Source: Octopus vulgaris
Taxonomy: Eukaryota
DNA: 64,000 nt
Reading direction: 5' to 3'
Assembly: GCA_951406725.2 (NCBI GenBank)
Contig: OX597833.1
Span: 22,196,001-22,260,000 of the forward strand
The notes under the pieces were generated by a model, which saw only the letters and a program-made list of their open reading frames with translations, was not told the DNA's origin and did no database searches. Below are positions 52,500 to 63,948 of this stretch, one piece after another (position 1 is the stretch's first letter; every line of letters begins with the position of its first letter). The position numbers and the translations under genes were made by a program.

Positions 52500-52812
52500 G
52501 CCTTTACACAGTTTCTATTGCTGGAGATGTACTACAGTGTCAGCTGTTCACTACTAGTGAACTAATGCAACACCTCTAATTTTTTGAGCACTTTCCGAAG
52601 TATTCAAGCGGTTCCAAGCAGTGCTGTTTTCTGCAAGTGCTCCACCCTTATTGCAGCCCCTATTTGTTCCACATACTTCTTGAGATTTTTGCTCAGTTCC
52701 CAGGGCTCCAACAATTATTGATACTACTGCTACCTTTTTCATCGACCACTACTGCTGAACTTCCCAAGATAACCTGTCATATCTCTCAACTTTTCATTTT
52801 CATATCTCTCTC

Positions 52813-52813
<1 letters not shown>
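52500..52813 (-). mobile_element. R4/Dong-like RLE retrotransposon 3' fragment inserted in (TAA)n
   Basis: MKKVAVVSIIVGALGT...KNLKKYVEQIGAAIRVEHLQKTALLGTA*ILRKVL, with (TTA)n on both flanks. Confidence 0.8.
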
Positions 52814-52852
<39 letters not shown>

Positions 52853-52921
52853 TTCATTAAGGTGGCGAACTGGCAGAATCATTATCATGCTGGGAAAAAT
52901 GCTTAGTGGTATTTCATCCAT

Positions 52922-53321
52922 ACTCTTTTACTTGTTTCAGTCATTTGACTGTGGCCATGCTGGAGCACTGCCTTTAGTCGAGCAAATCGACCCCAGGACT
53001 TATTCTTTGGAAGCCTAGTACTTATCCTATCGGTCTCTTTTGCTGAACTGCTAAGTTATGGGGACATAAACATACCAGCATCAGTTGTCAAGCGATGTTG
53101 GGGGGGATAAACACAGACATACAAACACACACACATATATATACACATACATATATACGATGGGCTTCTTTGAGTTTCCGTCTACCAAATCCACTCACAA
53201 GGCTTTGGTCGGCCAGAGGCTATAGTAGAAGACACTTGCCCAAGGTGACACACATTGGAACTGAATCCAGAACCATGTGGTTGGTAAGCAACCTACTTAC
53301 CACACAGCCATTCCTGCGCCT
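52922..53321 (-). mobile_element. SINE family A, full length, nested in a SINE B (52859-53580)
   Basis: Family A motifs, with the SINE B head upstream and its body downstream. Confidence 0.87.
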
Positions 53322-54279
53322 ATATAAAATGAAAGGCAAAGCTGACTTTAGTGGAATTTGAACTCAGAATGTAAAGACAGCTGAAATGTCACTAAGAATT
53401 CTGCCCAACATGCTAATGATTCTGCCAGCTCGCTACATTCCCAGTTCAAATTCTGCCAAGGTCAACTTTGCCTTTCATTCTTTTGGGAGTCTATAAAATA
53501 AGTACCAGTTGAGCACTGGGTCAATGAAATTGCCTTGTCCCCTTCCCCTGAAATTGCTGGCCTACTGCCAAAATTTGAATCCATCATCATCATCATCACC
53601 ATCATCACCACCACCACCACCACCACTACTACTACCACCACTACCACCACGGAGGTGGTGGTTGTAGTAGTAGTAGTAGTGGTGGTGGTGGTGGTGATGA
53701 TGGTGGTGGCGGTTGTGGTGGTGGTAGTGGTGGTGGTGATAGTAGTGGCACCAATGGTAGCAGTAGCCACAGTAGCAGCAGTATCAATAATAGTGGTGAT
53801 GATGGTGGCGGTGGTAGTGGTGGTGGTGGCGGTGGTGGTGGTGCGGGTGATAGTGGAAGGGTTGCCGAGCCAGCAAGCAGACATGGTAAAAAGGTGTGGG
53901 TGATGGCTGAGGTACTACTGGCAGCGAGATGAGAGATGAGGGAACTTCTATTAGGTGTGGGTAGATGGGGGTGGTAATGATAGGAGGAGGGGAAGGGGAG
54001 AAGAGGGAGGAGGAGAGAGAGGAGAAGGAAGGGTGTTCTGACATGAATGAGAAGGCAAACTAAAGATTCTACAGTCAGAAGCAAAAGAAAGAATCGACAT
54101 GGCAGGTAGTTTGACAAGGTGAGACATGGAGAGAGTTTAAGTAATAACGAGAAGGAGGGGGGGGCCAGTGATGTAAAGATAAGTGGAGAGCAAGGAGGGG
54201 AGAGAAATAGAAACAGAGAGATAGAGACACAAAGATAAATAGATAGATATGTAATGTGTGTATTCATGTATGTGTGTGC

Positions 54280-54329
<50 letters not shown>

Positions 54330-54489
54330 ATATGCATATATATCAGCATCATTGTTTAATGTCTGCCTTCCATGCTGGCATGGGTTGGATGGTTTGATAG
54401 GAGCTAGCCAGGTAAGAGCCTGCACCGGACTTCCATATCTGTTTTGGGCAGGTTTTTAAGGCTGGAAGCCACATACAGATATATATATA

Positions 54490-54787
54490 TCATCATCATC
54501 ATCATCATTGTTTAGCGTCCGCTTTCCATGCTAGCATGGGTTGGACGGTTCAACTGGGGTCTGGGAAGCCCGAAGGCTGCACCAGGCCAGTCAGATCTGG
54601 CAGTGTTTTTACAGCTGGATGCCCTTCCTAATGCCAACCACTCCATGAGTGTAGTGGGTGCTTTTTATGTGCCACTGACACAGGTGCCAGACGAGGCTGG
54701 CAAACGGCCACACTCGGATGGTGTTTTTTATGTGCCACCGACGCAGGTGCCAGACGAGGCTGGCAAACGGCCACGATCAGATGGTGT

Positions 54788-54790
<3 letters not shown>
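54490..54790 (-). mobile_element. RTE 3' end (near-identical to 8660-8930)
   Basis: (CAT)n tail, TTTAGCGTCCG.TTTCCATGCTAGCATGGG..., and tandem GTGCCAGACGAGGCTGGC units. Confidence 0.85.
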
Positions 54791-54819
<29 letters not shown>

Positions 54820-54822
<3 letters not shown>

Positions 54823-55040
54823 GCAGCGTGGAAGGTGTTTGTTAGCCATTTAAGAAACACACAAAAGCCGTTCGATTCACTTCAACATTTAAGTTTAATT
54901 TGTCAAAATATTTTCGTCGCTTTAAGACCGCGACCTGTTCACTGACAAAACTCCGTGCTGCATCTCCACGCTGCAGTTGTTTTCGTTTCAGCACACGATC
55001 TCAGATCAAATCACTTGCTATGCAAGTACATCTCCGTAAT
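54820..55040 (-). mobile_element. PLE-like remnant in (TA)n with a G3-C8 hammerhead motif (54899-54949)
   Basis: Sense TTTGTCA-GTGAACA-G-GTCGC(GGTCTTAAA)GCGAC-GAAA-ATATTT-TGACAAA, plus an 11-bp inverted repeat at 54822-54832 / 54965-54975. Confidence 0.72.
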
Positions 55041-55071
55041 ATATATTTATATATATATATATATATACACA

Positions 55072-55648
55072 CTCTTTTACTCTTTTACTTCTTTCAGTCA
55101 TTTGACGGTGCCATGCTGGAGCACCACCTTTAGTCGAGCAAATCGACCCCAGGATTTATTCTTTGTAAGCCTAGTACCTATTCTATTGTTCTCTTTTGCT
55201 GAACCACTAAGTTACAGGGACATAAACACACCAACATCGGTTGTCAAGTGATGTTGGGGGGGATAAACACAGACACACATACATATCTATATATATATAT
55301 ATACATATATACGACAGGCTTCATTCAGTTTCGTCTACCAAATCCACTCACAAGGCATTGGTCGGCTTGAGGCTATAGTAGAAGACACTTGCCCAAGGTG
55401 ACACACAGTGGGACTGAATCCAGAACCATGTGGTTGGTAAGCAAACTGCTTACCACACAGCCACTCCTATGCCTAGGCACATATATACGATGGGGTTCTT
55501 TGAGTTTCCGTCTACCAAATCCACTCACAATTCTTTGGTCGGCCCAAGGCTATAGTAGAAGACATTTGCCCAAGGTGCCACGCAGTGGGACTGAACCTGG
55601 AACTATGTGGTTCGTAAGCAAGCTACTTACCACACAGCTACTCCTACG

Positions 55649-55651
<3 letters not shown>
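55072..55651 (-). mobile_element. SINE family A with duplicated 5' half
   Basis: The head segment occurs twice (55310-55473, 55487-55651). Confidence 0.85.
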
Positions 55652-55716
<65 letters not shown>

Positions 55717-55773
55717 ATACGATGAGTTTTTGCCAGGGTCACTGTATTTGAAAGTACAGAACAACCAGTCATA

Positions 55774-56028
55774 ATGTCAGAAAAGAATGTAAACATAACA
55801 CTGTTTTGCTCAAGCAAAGCCATGGATGTCAACATTCATGCACTTTCACACATATGCACAAATGCTTCAGTCAATAATCATCTGCAGAAGAAACAGCCCC
55901 AATACTTTACAGTATTCATCAGAGCCACAGAACATAACACAGGTAACCTTCAAATTAAGAAGACTATCTTAATTAATAAGCTGAAACCAGCATTAAACAA
56001 CAGACAAGAACTACACAAAGTAGACTGA
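55774..56028 (+). pseudogene. Penelope-like GIY-YIG endonuclease C-terminal remnant
   Basis: ...FTVFIRATEHNTGNLQIKKTILINKLKPALNNRQEL* resembles the L-I-K-E-x-I-x-I-x-K-L-K-P-x-L-N end of PLE ORFs. Confidence 0.65.
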
Positions 56029-57611
56029 ATACTATGACAACACCAAAGTTGGTTTCTAGGTTTCCCTGGTGTGCATATCCCTCCCTTGACAGGGTGCTGG
56101 TCCATCACAGGATTACATATTTTTTTCAGCTGAGTGAACTGGAAAGATGTGAATTGAAGAACACAATACATCACTAGTTCCAGGAATTGCAACCACAATC
56201 TTACTACCTGGAGTTCAACACCCTAACCACTAAGTCATCTACCTCCACATATAGTATTAGACTAGATTATAAATAACTAAGTTTATTTAAATTAGTAGCA
56301 AAACAGGCAAGATGCATGTGTTGTGTGTGTGTGTGTATAATTGTGAGTGTGCGCATGTATATAGATGTGTATGTGTGTTCAAGTATGCATGTGTATGTGC
56401 ATGTGTGTGTAATGTATGTGTAGATATATTCATTCTTGTGTAGATGTGATTTTCCGTGTAAATATGTGTGCGTGTGTGTGTGTTGTTTCTATATGTCATA
56501 TTGTATTTAGTTCTATATATTTGTGTGAGTGGATGTGCATATGTCACAAGAAGTGTGTGCATGTGTGTATGCATGTGTATGTGTGTGTGTGTGCATGTGC
56601 ATGAGTGTGAGAGAGTTAATGGAGAGTGTGTATATATGGCAGTAATGTATGTGTGTGTGTGTAAGCAATGTGTGAATAAGGATGTGATTATGTGTATGCA
56701 GTTGTGTCTTTGTATGCATACGATGGTGCATATATACACATGTGGTAGTGTGTATGCAATTTTGTATACCCGTGATCATGTGTTTGTGTGTAAATAATTG
56801 TGCATATATGACTGGATGCACATTTATGTGGTAGTGTGTATCCAACTATGTGTGTATGTATTTATGGCTGCGTGTATGTGATTGTATGTGTATATGAATA
56901 AATGTGTCTGTGCATATGTGACAATGTTTGAGTGTGTATGTACATATCTGAATATATGTATGTATGTGTGTGTGTGTGTGTGTGTGTGTCATTGTTAGTT
57001 TACTACAGCAATGACAATTACCTGAAATGTTCAAGTCTGAAAATAACCAAACAAATTAGATCAATCAATTGTCAACATTTTCATTGACGTCAAAGTAAAG
57101 AAAGACGACGGCAGATCAAATAAATAAATAAACAAATAAATAAATAAATAAAATGATTAAATAAATAGATTAAATAAATAAATAAAAGCACGTTGTGTTC
57201 GTGTGTGTGTGTGTGTGTGTGTGGTTGGGATGGTGTTATTGATTAAGTCCTTCCAGTAGGGAGATCCTTTTCTTATATTCGTTATGGATGACGAAAATAT
57301 AATTAATGCTAGCAGGCATTGGCTGTGTGGTTACGATGTAGTTTGTTTTGCAGCCACATGGGTCCAAGGTTCAATCCCACTGCATGGTATCTTGGACACT
57401 TATGTAGTTTTAGGTTTGGTCAATATAGGTGCAAGCATAGCTCTAAGCCCAGGCATGGCTGTGTGTTTATAAAGCTCACTTTGCAACTATGGGATTTCAG
57501 GTTCAGTCCCACTGCACAGTACCATGGACAAGTCTCTCCTACTATAGCCACAAGCTAATCAATGTCTGGTGAGTGAGTTTGGTATATGGAAACTGTTGGA
57601 AAAATGGGATA

Positions 57612-57642
<31 letters not shown>

Positions 57643-57677
57643 ATGAGTGTGTGCATAAATGTGTGTATGTGTGAGCA

Positions 57678-57895
57678 TGGTGGCGAGCTGGTAGAATCGT
57701 TAGCATGCCAGGCGAAATGCTTAGTGGTATTTCATCTGTCTTTATGTTCTGAGTTCAAATTCTGCTGAGGCCGACTTTGCCTTTCATCCTTTCGGGGGCG
57801 ATAAATTATGTATTATGTACCAGTTGCATACTGGGGTCGATCTAATCGACCGACCCCCCTCCCCCCAAATTTCAGGCCTTGTGCCTAAAGTCGAA
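57678..57895 (+). mobile_element. SINE family B nested in an old SINE A
   Basis: GGTGGCGAGCTGGTAGAATCG...CTTTGCCTTTCATCCTTTCGGGG. Confidence 0.82.
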
Positions 57896-58424
57896 AAAAT
57901 GTGTGTGTGTGTTTATCCCCTCACAGTTTGACAACTGGGGTTCATTTGTTCAACTAAACTCTTCAAGGTGGTGTTCCAGTATGGCCATAATCCAATGACT
58001 AAAGTGAAATATAAAAGGTACAGTTGAGAATGTAAGCTGGTTAATGGAAACTGAGTAGAAACCGGTTGTATTTACAATATATTTTGGCTACAGTCTTGAT
58101 GTTCAGGAAACTATATTACAGGGGTTGGCAACAAGGGTCTGAAGGAAATTCCAAAGCATGGATGTGACCCATCAGTGCACAACTGTATTTTCTCTTTAAG
58201 CTTTAGTCCATTTCTAAAGATTTTTCAAAGGCATAGGCATGGCTGAGTGGTTAAGAAGTTTGCTTTTCAAACCACTTGGTTTTGGGTTCGGTCCCATTGC
58301 ATACCATCCGGTGGAAGAGTCTTTTACTATAACCCTAGGCTGACCAAAGCCTTGGGAATTTATTTGCAACACTTTAGGCCTTTCGTCTTGCAAGTAACGA
58401 AGCAATCTTCACTAATGTTGATAA

Positions 58425-58715
58425 AGAGGAGGACAGAAGAAACTCTTCAAGAACCTTCTGAAACAGAACCTGATATCCTGCAACATCAAGTGGACAAAAT
58501 AGGAAGAACTTGGCACCAGACTAGTGTGAAGTAGATAAGTTCATCAGAGAGCTGAACACTTTGAGAGTGGGAGAACTGAACAACTTGAAGAAAGGTGAAG
58601 TAGGTACTACAGACCGGCATCAGCCAAATGATTAATATTTGTGTCCAGCGGAATAACTTGTATTATTCCATCATCACTGAATCTACAGCAAAGCAAACGA
58701 GATAATAATTCTTAT
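58425..58715 (+). mobile_element. RTE-BovB-like LINE C-terminal remnant
   Basis: RGGQKKLFKNLLKQNLISCNI...EHFESGRTEQLEER matches the GGQKKRFKD-L-K motif. Confidence 0.65.
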
Positions 58716-58749
58716 ATATAGCGTTATATATGAATAGCGTTTTTCCGAT

Positions 58750-58821
58750 GGCCAGATAACTGAAGAGATGGTGGTGTGGATTTCCACCTCGGCATCTGAA
58801 ATTCAGAGTTTTATCTTGGCT
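58750..58821 (+). ncRNA. Hammerhead ribozyme motif in a PLE-like remnant (~58715-58920)
   Basis: GGCC-AGATAA-CTGAAGA-GATG(...GTGGATTTCCAC...)CATC-T-GAAA-TTCAGAG-TT-TTATCT-TGGC: 6-bp or longer stem I, intact core, near-palindromic stem III, one extra T. Confidence 0.65.
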
Positions 58822-58916
58822 ACAGAATAATTGTCACATATTAAATTCACAGATAAATTCCTCTATTTACATAATATTGAGGTCTCTTTCTTTCTTTTGT
58901 TATCTTACTGTTTTTA

Positions 58917-58964
<48 letters not shown>

Positions 58965-58976
58965 TACATACATACT

Positions 58977-59012
<36 letters not shown>

Positions 59013-59013
<1 letters not shown>

Positions 59014-60291
59014 TGGGTCATAAATGCAGTTTTTTCAATTGCATGAACTAAAAGTCAGAGGGGGATGGGATAAACTACCTGCATCAACCTGCTATAAAAG
59101 CAGGTAGTAATTTTACCTCGTCCTTATTCTTAGTGCAAGTTTTGAAGAGTGCAGTTCGATTTTAACAGTTATTTTTTCACAGCTATAATGGAAGTGACAA
59201 AGTAGCATATTCAGCGTATTTTGCTTTATGAGTTCAATAAAGGCAACCATGCAGCAGAAAGTGTGAAGAATATTAATGCAGTATATGGGGGTTGAACAAT
59301 AAGTGTAAGCCAGTGTCAACAGTGGTACCAAAAATTCCAAGCTGGAAACAACAGCTTAGAAGACAATTCTCATCCTGGAAGATCTGTAGAGCTCAATATC
59401 AAGGACATCCTGCAAAACCTGGTGAAACAAAGTTCCATTGTAACTGTTGAGGAACTAGAAGAGAAGCTTTGATTTGGTCATTCAACCATTCATTGACACC
59501 TGCATGCCATTAGAAAAGTCATCAAATTGGATCAATTGGGTTCCTCACAAACTTTCCAAGTTTAACTGCATACAGCGAGTGAATGTGTGCTCTTCTTTGT
59601 TGTCATGTCTCATGAATGAATTTTTTTTGGATCGAATAGAGACTGGTGAAGAGAAATGGGATCTCTATAAAAGTGTCAAGTGCTGAAGACAGTGAGTAGG
59701 GAAAGGAGAAACATTTGCACTCCAGGTTACAAAGGGTCTTCACCCACATAAGGTGTTGTTATTGGTTTGGTGGGATATAAAAGGGTTAGAGCACTTTGAA
59801 CTTTTAAATCCAAACCAAATGATAACAAAGGAGATCTACTGCAAGCAGCATGAGCAGATTAAGTCAGCGCTAGAAGAAAAACAAAGATCTTTGGTTTCAA
59901 GACAAAAGGTGTTCTTCCATCAGGATAATGCTCAACCACATACAACAAGGATGACATTCCAAAGGCTGGAGCAGTTTGAATGGGAAACGATGTCCCACCC
60001 ATCATATGCGCTTGACATTGTCCTCTCTGATTATCATTTATTCTGCAGTCTTCAAAATCATTTGGATGGAAAAAATATGAATTCAGTAGACAAGGTCAGA
60101 ACAGTAGTGGAGGAATATTTTTTCATCACAGACAAGTGAATTTTGGAAGAGGTGCCTTGCAAGTCTACCAGATAGATAGAAGAGCATTGTAGAAAATGAA
60201 GGAGAGTATATCTTAGATTAAAAAAGAATTTATCTTAACTTTGAAAAATAAAAGATGTATAAAAAATCGCATTATTTATGGGATGACCCAA
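59013..60291 (+). mobile_element. Mariner subfamily 2, full length (~1.28 kb), inactive
   Basis: TA|TTGGGTCA...(left TIR partly deleted) and ...TTATTTATGGGATGACCCAA|TA. Confidence 0.95.
59188..60221 (+). pseudogene. Mariner transposase pseudogene
   Basis: MEVTK*HIQRILLYEFNKG, WVPHKL, IETGEEKW, FHQDNAQPH and HPSYALDIVLSDYHLF, with several stops and frameshifts. Confidence 0.95.
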
Positions 60292-60769
60292 TATACATAT
60301 ATATAGAGAGAGAGGGGGGAGAGAGAGAGAGAGGTGATTTGCCAACATTTTGATAACTGGTTTGTTTAGCTGCCCAAAATTTAACAACCAGTTCGCTAGC
60401 CATGAAATTTTTAGACACAGGTTCTGTGTAAGTAATTCTGGTTTTGGCATAAGAATATTACTTCATTAATTCTAAAATAGAGTTAAATCTGGAGTCCATT
60501 GAACCTTTTGACGGCCAGTCATCATCATCATCATTATGACTTCATGTCGACTAGCCATGCTGACATGGGTTGGATATTTTGACAGGGTCTAACAAGATCC
60601 ATCAGGTCAGTAAACCACACCTTCCGCCAGTTTTTCATTTTTGACAAGATTTCTATTGGTTCTCATTTTAAAATCATCATATTAATAATTGTGAATACGA
60701 GTGGCCAAATAGGTTTCAGTACCTTTTTTTATCATTCCTAGAGATCCTTATTATTATTATTATTATTAC

Positions 60770-60801
<32 letters not shown>

Positions 60802-62170
60802 GCATTAGCAATTTATGATTTAGATCATGCAAAATGTATGTCTGAGCATTTGGATGCAGAGGCACTACTAAGTGGTGAGGTAGCTACAGATCCTAAATAA
60901 GGCTGTTTGTTATTAAGTCCCAAGTTTGGGTCACATGATGAAGCAAGCAGTTGGGCAACTGCCAGGTTCTGTAGTGACTGTTAGATAACTGTTAAATGAG
61001 AACAACTCTAATGCAATAAGTAGTACTCTCCTTTGCTTTTGTTAGAATTCCAACATTAAAAATTATAGAGTAGTATTAACAATTAATACCTTAAAATTAA
61101 CTAATACTGGGTTCTGTTGATGACAGTAGTATGAAAGTTCAGTCTTGTTAAGGGATATAGTAGGCTACTGTAATATGTACAGCTTTTCATGTAGTAGAGA
61201 CAGCATATATGTTCTCCAGGTGAATAGAGAAGAGACTTCTCAGGAAAGTTCCAGATTATAATGAGCAGATCATTTTTTTTTGGTTTCAAAGTCTCCAGGT
61301 AAAATGGAGACACATTGGTGGAGTTTTCCTTGTCCCTGAACCTGAAGGAGCATGTACTAAGTGGACCTTCTCTTGAAATATTTGGCAGTGCATCCCCTTC
61401 AGCAACCACTTCTCACAGTCATATGACACAACATTTATTTTTATTTGCCCACCAATGTGTGTGTGTGTGTGTCTGTCTGTGTGTCACTTGTGTACAACAC
61501 ACATGCAGGCACAAAGGCTTAAACAGAATTTAACTATATATAGATACAGTTAGACATATGGGTAAATAGAGAAAGAAACGGCCACATAAGATTCTACATA
61601 ATCACTGGACTTTCTAGAAACAACAGTTAAATCTACCTCAAATCATACTCCAAAGTCTTTAAAAAATGGAATATCACATTAGATAATTTCATCCTAGATA
61701 TACTATGCCTCAACAGAGTGGTCACAGTTTTAATGTGTTGGATGATAGGCCTTTTCAGTCAGGGCTGAAGTAGATCCAAACAATCGCTGTTGGCTTGACC
61801 TTACAAAAATTTTCTCTCTTTTTCATCTGTCAATGGACCAATCAATGAAACATGAGACACACACTTTCTTTTATACACTTACAGAGTAAAACTAATAACA
61901 AAATATTGTGTACACTTGTTTGCTATATTTTGTTGGTTTGTCTCCAATGCTTTTCCACTGGATTACTGAGAGAAATAGACAAACATTGTATAAAAATAAA
62001 CAAAGAACATGGACGACAGAGCAAGAAATAAAGTAATAAAGACTGGGAATAGCAAAAGACCAAGATGTCAACATACAATAACAAAAGACTCAGTCAGCCC
62101 CATTTTTCTTTTATCCTACAATTCGACCAATTTGCTGCAAACAGACAAGCATACATCAATATATACAAGA

Positions 62171-62226
<56 letters not shown>

Positions 62227-62310
62227 ATATTTATATGTATGTATGTATTTATAAATGTTTATGCAAGTATATGTATATATATATATTTATGATTTATATA
62301 TATATATATA

Positions 62311-63500
62311 CTAGTATTATGACCTGTCGTTGCCGGGTCATAGTGCTAGTGCATGTATATATGTGTATATATATGTGTACATATTACATGTACATTTATA
62401 TATATACATCTACACATAAAATACAAAGTTATATCTTGATATCGCTAGTGATAACAATACTCAAAATATATAACAGACTGGAATTGTAATTTAGATCAAT
62501 TGCAATTTAGATCAATTGTCTCTTGCAATTTAGATCAATTGTATCTTGTCCTCCCTCTTGTATAGAAGTGTGGCTACAATCCAGCCTACCTCTACTGCTC
62601 GGGGGGAGGACATTTTTAATTTTTATCCGGGACGTCCTACATTCCAGATATAAAGGTAAAAATAAAATATTTCCACTTTGCAAGTTCAAGTCGAGTACTC
62701 CCTTGCATGCTCCGTTGACTCGAACCTTGCTTCCATTGTGGAAAATTTACCGCCTCTGGTTAGATATCTTTCATAGTCACACCAAGACACTTTTTTGATG
62801 GTGCTTTCCTCCAGGTGTTCAAATCTTTTTTCTCTACATTGTATACTTTATAGACAATAGTCTTTTCTTTAATTTAATTTTTTATTATCCATCTGGACTA
62901 TTCCATTTCTGCACACTAATTTTGTTTTTAATTTATTCCCATTCATGTGAAACCACTTATTCAAGTTCAAGTCATTGATGCAATTTTATGCCAATTGCTA
63001 TTTTTACTTTTGTTATGTTACGATTATATTATACTTTAGTTTGATTTTAATTATTACTTACTACATATAATTCAATTGTTATTATTATTTCTATTGTTAA
63101 AGTGAAAGCATCTGACATAAAACAGAGAAATGTTTTTATTTCACTTTTAACACGTAATACTGAAATAGTGGAGAAGATATGATATTGCTATGGGCTCGCT
63201 CTAGGCAAGAAGTTGAACATTTTTTTTTTGCCCATGAAACTACATAGACCCTAAGTAAGGCATGTGTAAAATTTGAATGAAATTGGTTGTATAGTTCTCA
63301 AGATTTAGGGAATCGTAGTGGAGAAGATATGATATTGCTGTGGGCTCACCCTAGGCAAAAAGTTAAAAACTTTTTTGCCAATGACACTCCCCGGACCCTA
63401 AGTAAGACATGTGTAAAATTTGAATGAAATTGGTTGTGTAGTTCTCAAGTTTTAGAGAAACACACAGACAGACACACATTCTCAGTTTTCTATATAGAGA
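62311..63500 (-). mobile_element. Non-autonomous Helitron
   Basis: Minus strand A|TCTCTATATAG...(GTCT)n... and 3' CCCGGCAACGACAGG-TCATAATA-CTAG|T, giving TC...CTAG termini, hairpin and AT target. Internal ~150-bp tandem duplication (63166-63308 / 63316-63455). Confidence 0.75.
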
Positions 63501-63526
63501 TATATATATATATAATGTATGTATAT

Positions 63527-63910
63527 AGGTCCAGGAGTGGCTGTGTGGTAAAAAGCTTGCTTACCAACCACATGGTTCTGGGTTCAGTCTCACTGCATGG
63601 CCCCTTGGACAAATGTCTTCTACTATAGCCTCGGGCCGACCAAAGCCTTCTGAATGGATCTGGTATTAGGAAACTGAAAGAAGCCTGTTGTATGTGTGTG
63701 TGAGTGTGTCTGTGTTTGTCCCCCCCCCCACCATCGCTTGACAATTGATGTTAGTGTGTTTACATCCCGGGAACTTAGTGGTTCGGCAAAAGAGACTGGT
63801 AGAATAAGTACCAGGCTTACAAAGAATGAATCCTGGGGTTGATTTGTTCGATTAAAAGGCAGTGCTCCAGCATGGCCACAGTCAAAATGACTGAAACGAA
63901 CACAAGAATA
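63527..63910 (+). mobile_element. SINE family A, full length
   Basis: Family A head to tail. Confidence 0.87.
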
Positions 63911-63948
63911 CGCAAGAATATATATGTATGTATACGTATATATATATA

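Noticed and set aside
59753-60139. 128-aa ORF as a functional or domesticated transposase
   Set aside because: Fragment of a multiply disrupted mariner with a mutated first catalytic motif (TGEEKW) and upstream stops.
61101-61409. 102-aa non-repetitive minus-strand ORF
   Set aside because: GTG start, no recognisable motif and no convincing splice sites. Likely decayed TE or chance.
61882-61965. Minus-strand exon candidate (TTTCTCTCAG acceptor, GTAAGT donor)
   Set aside because: Stops in all three frames and opposite strand to the other candidate. It could only be non-coding, and I have no support for that.
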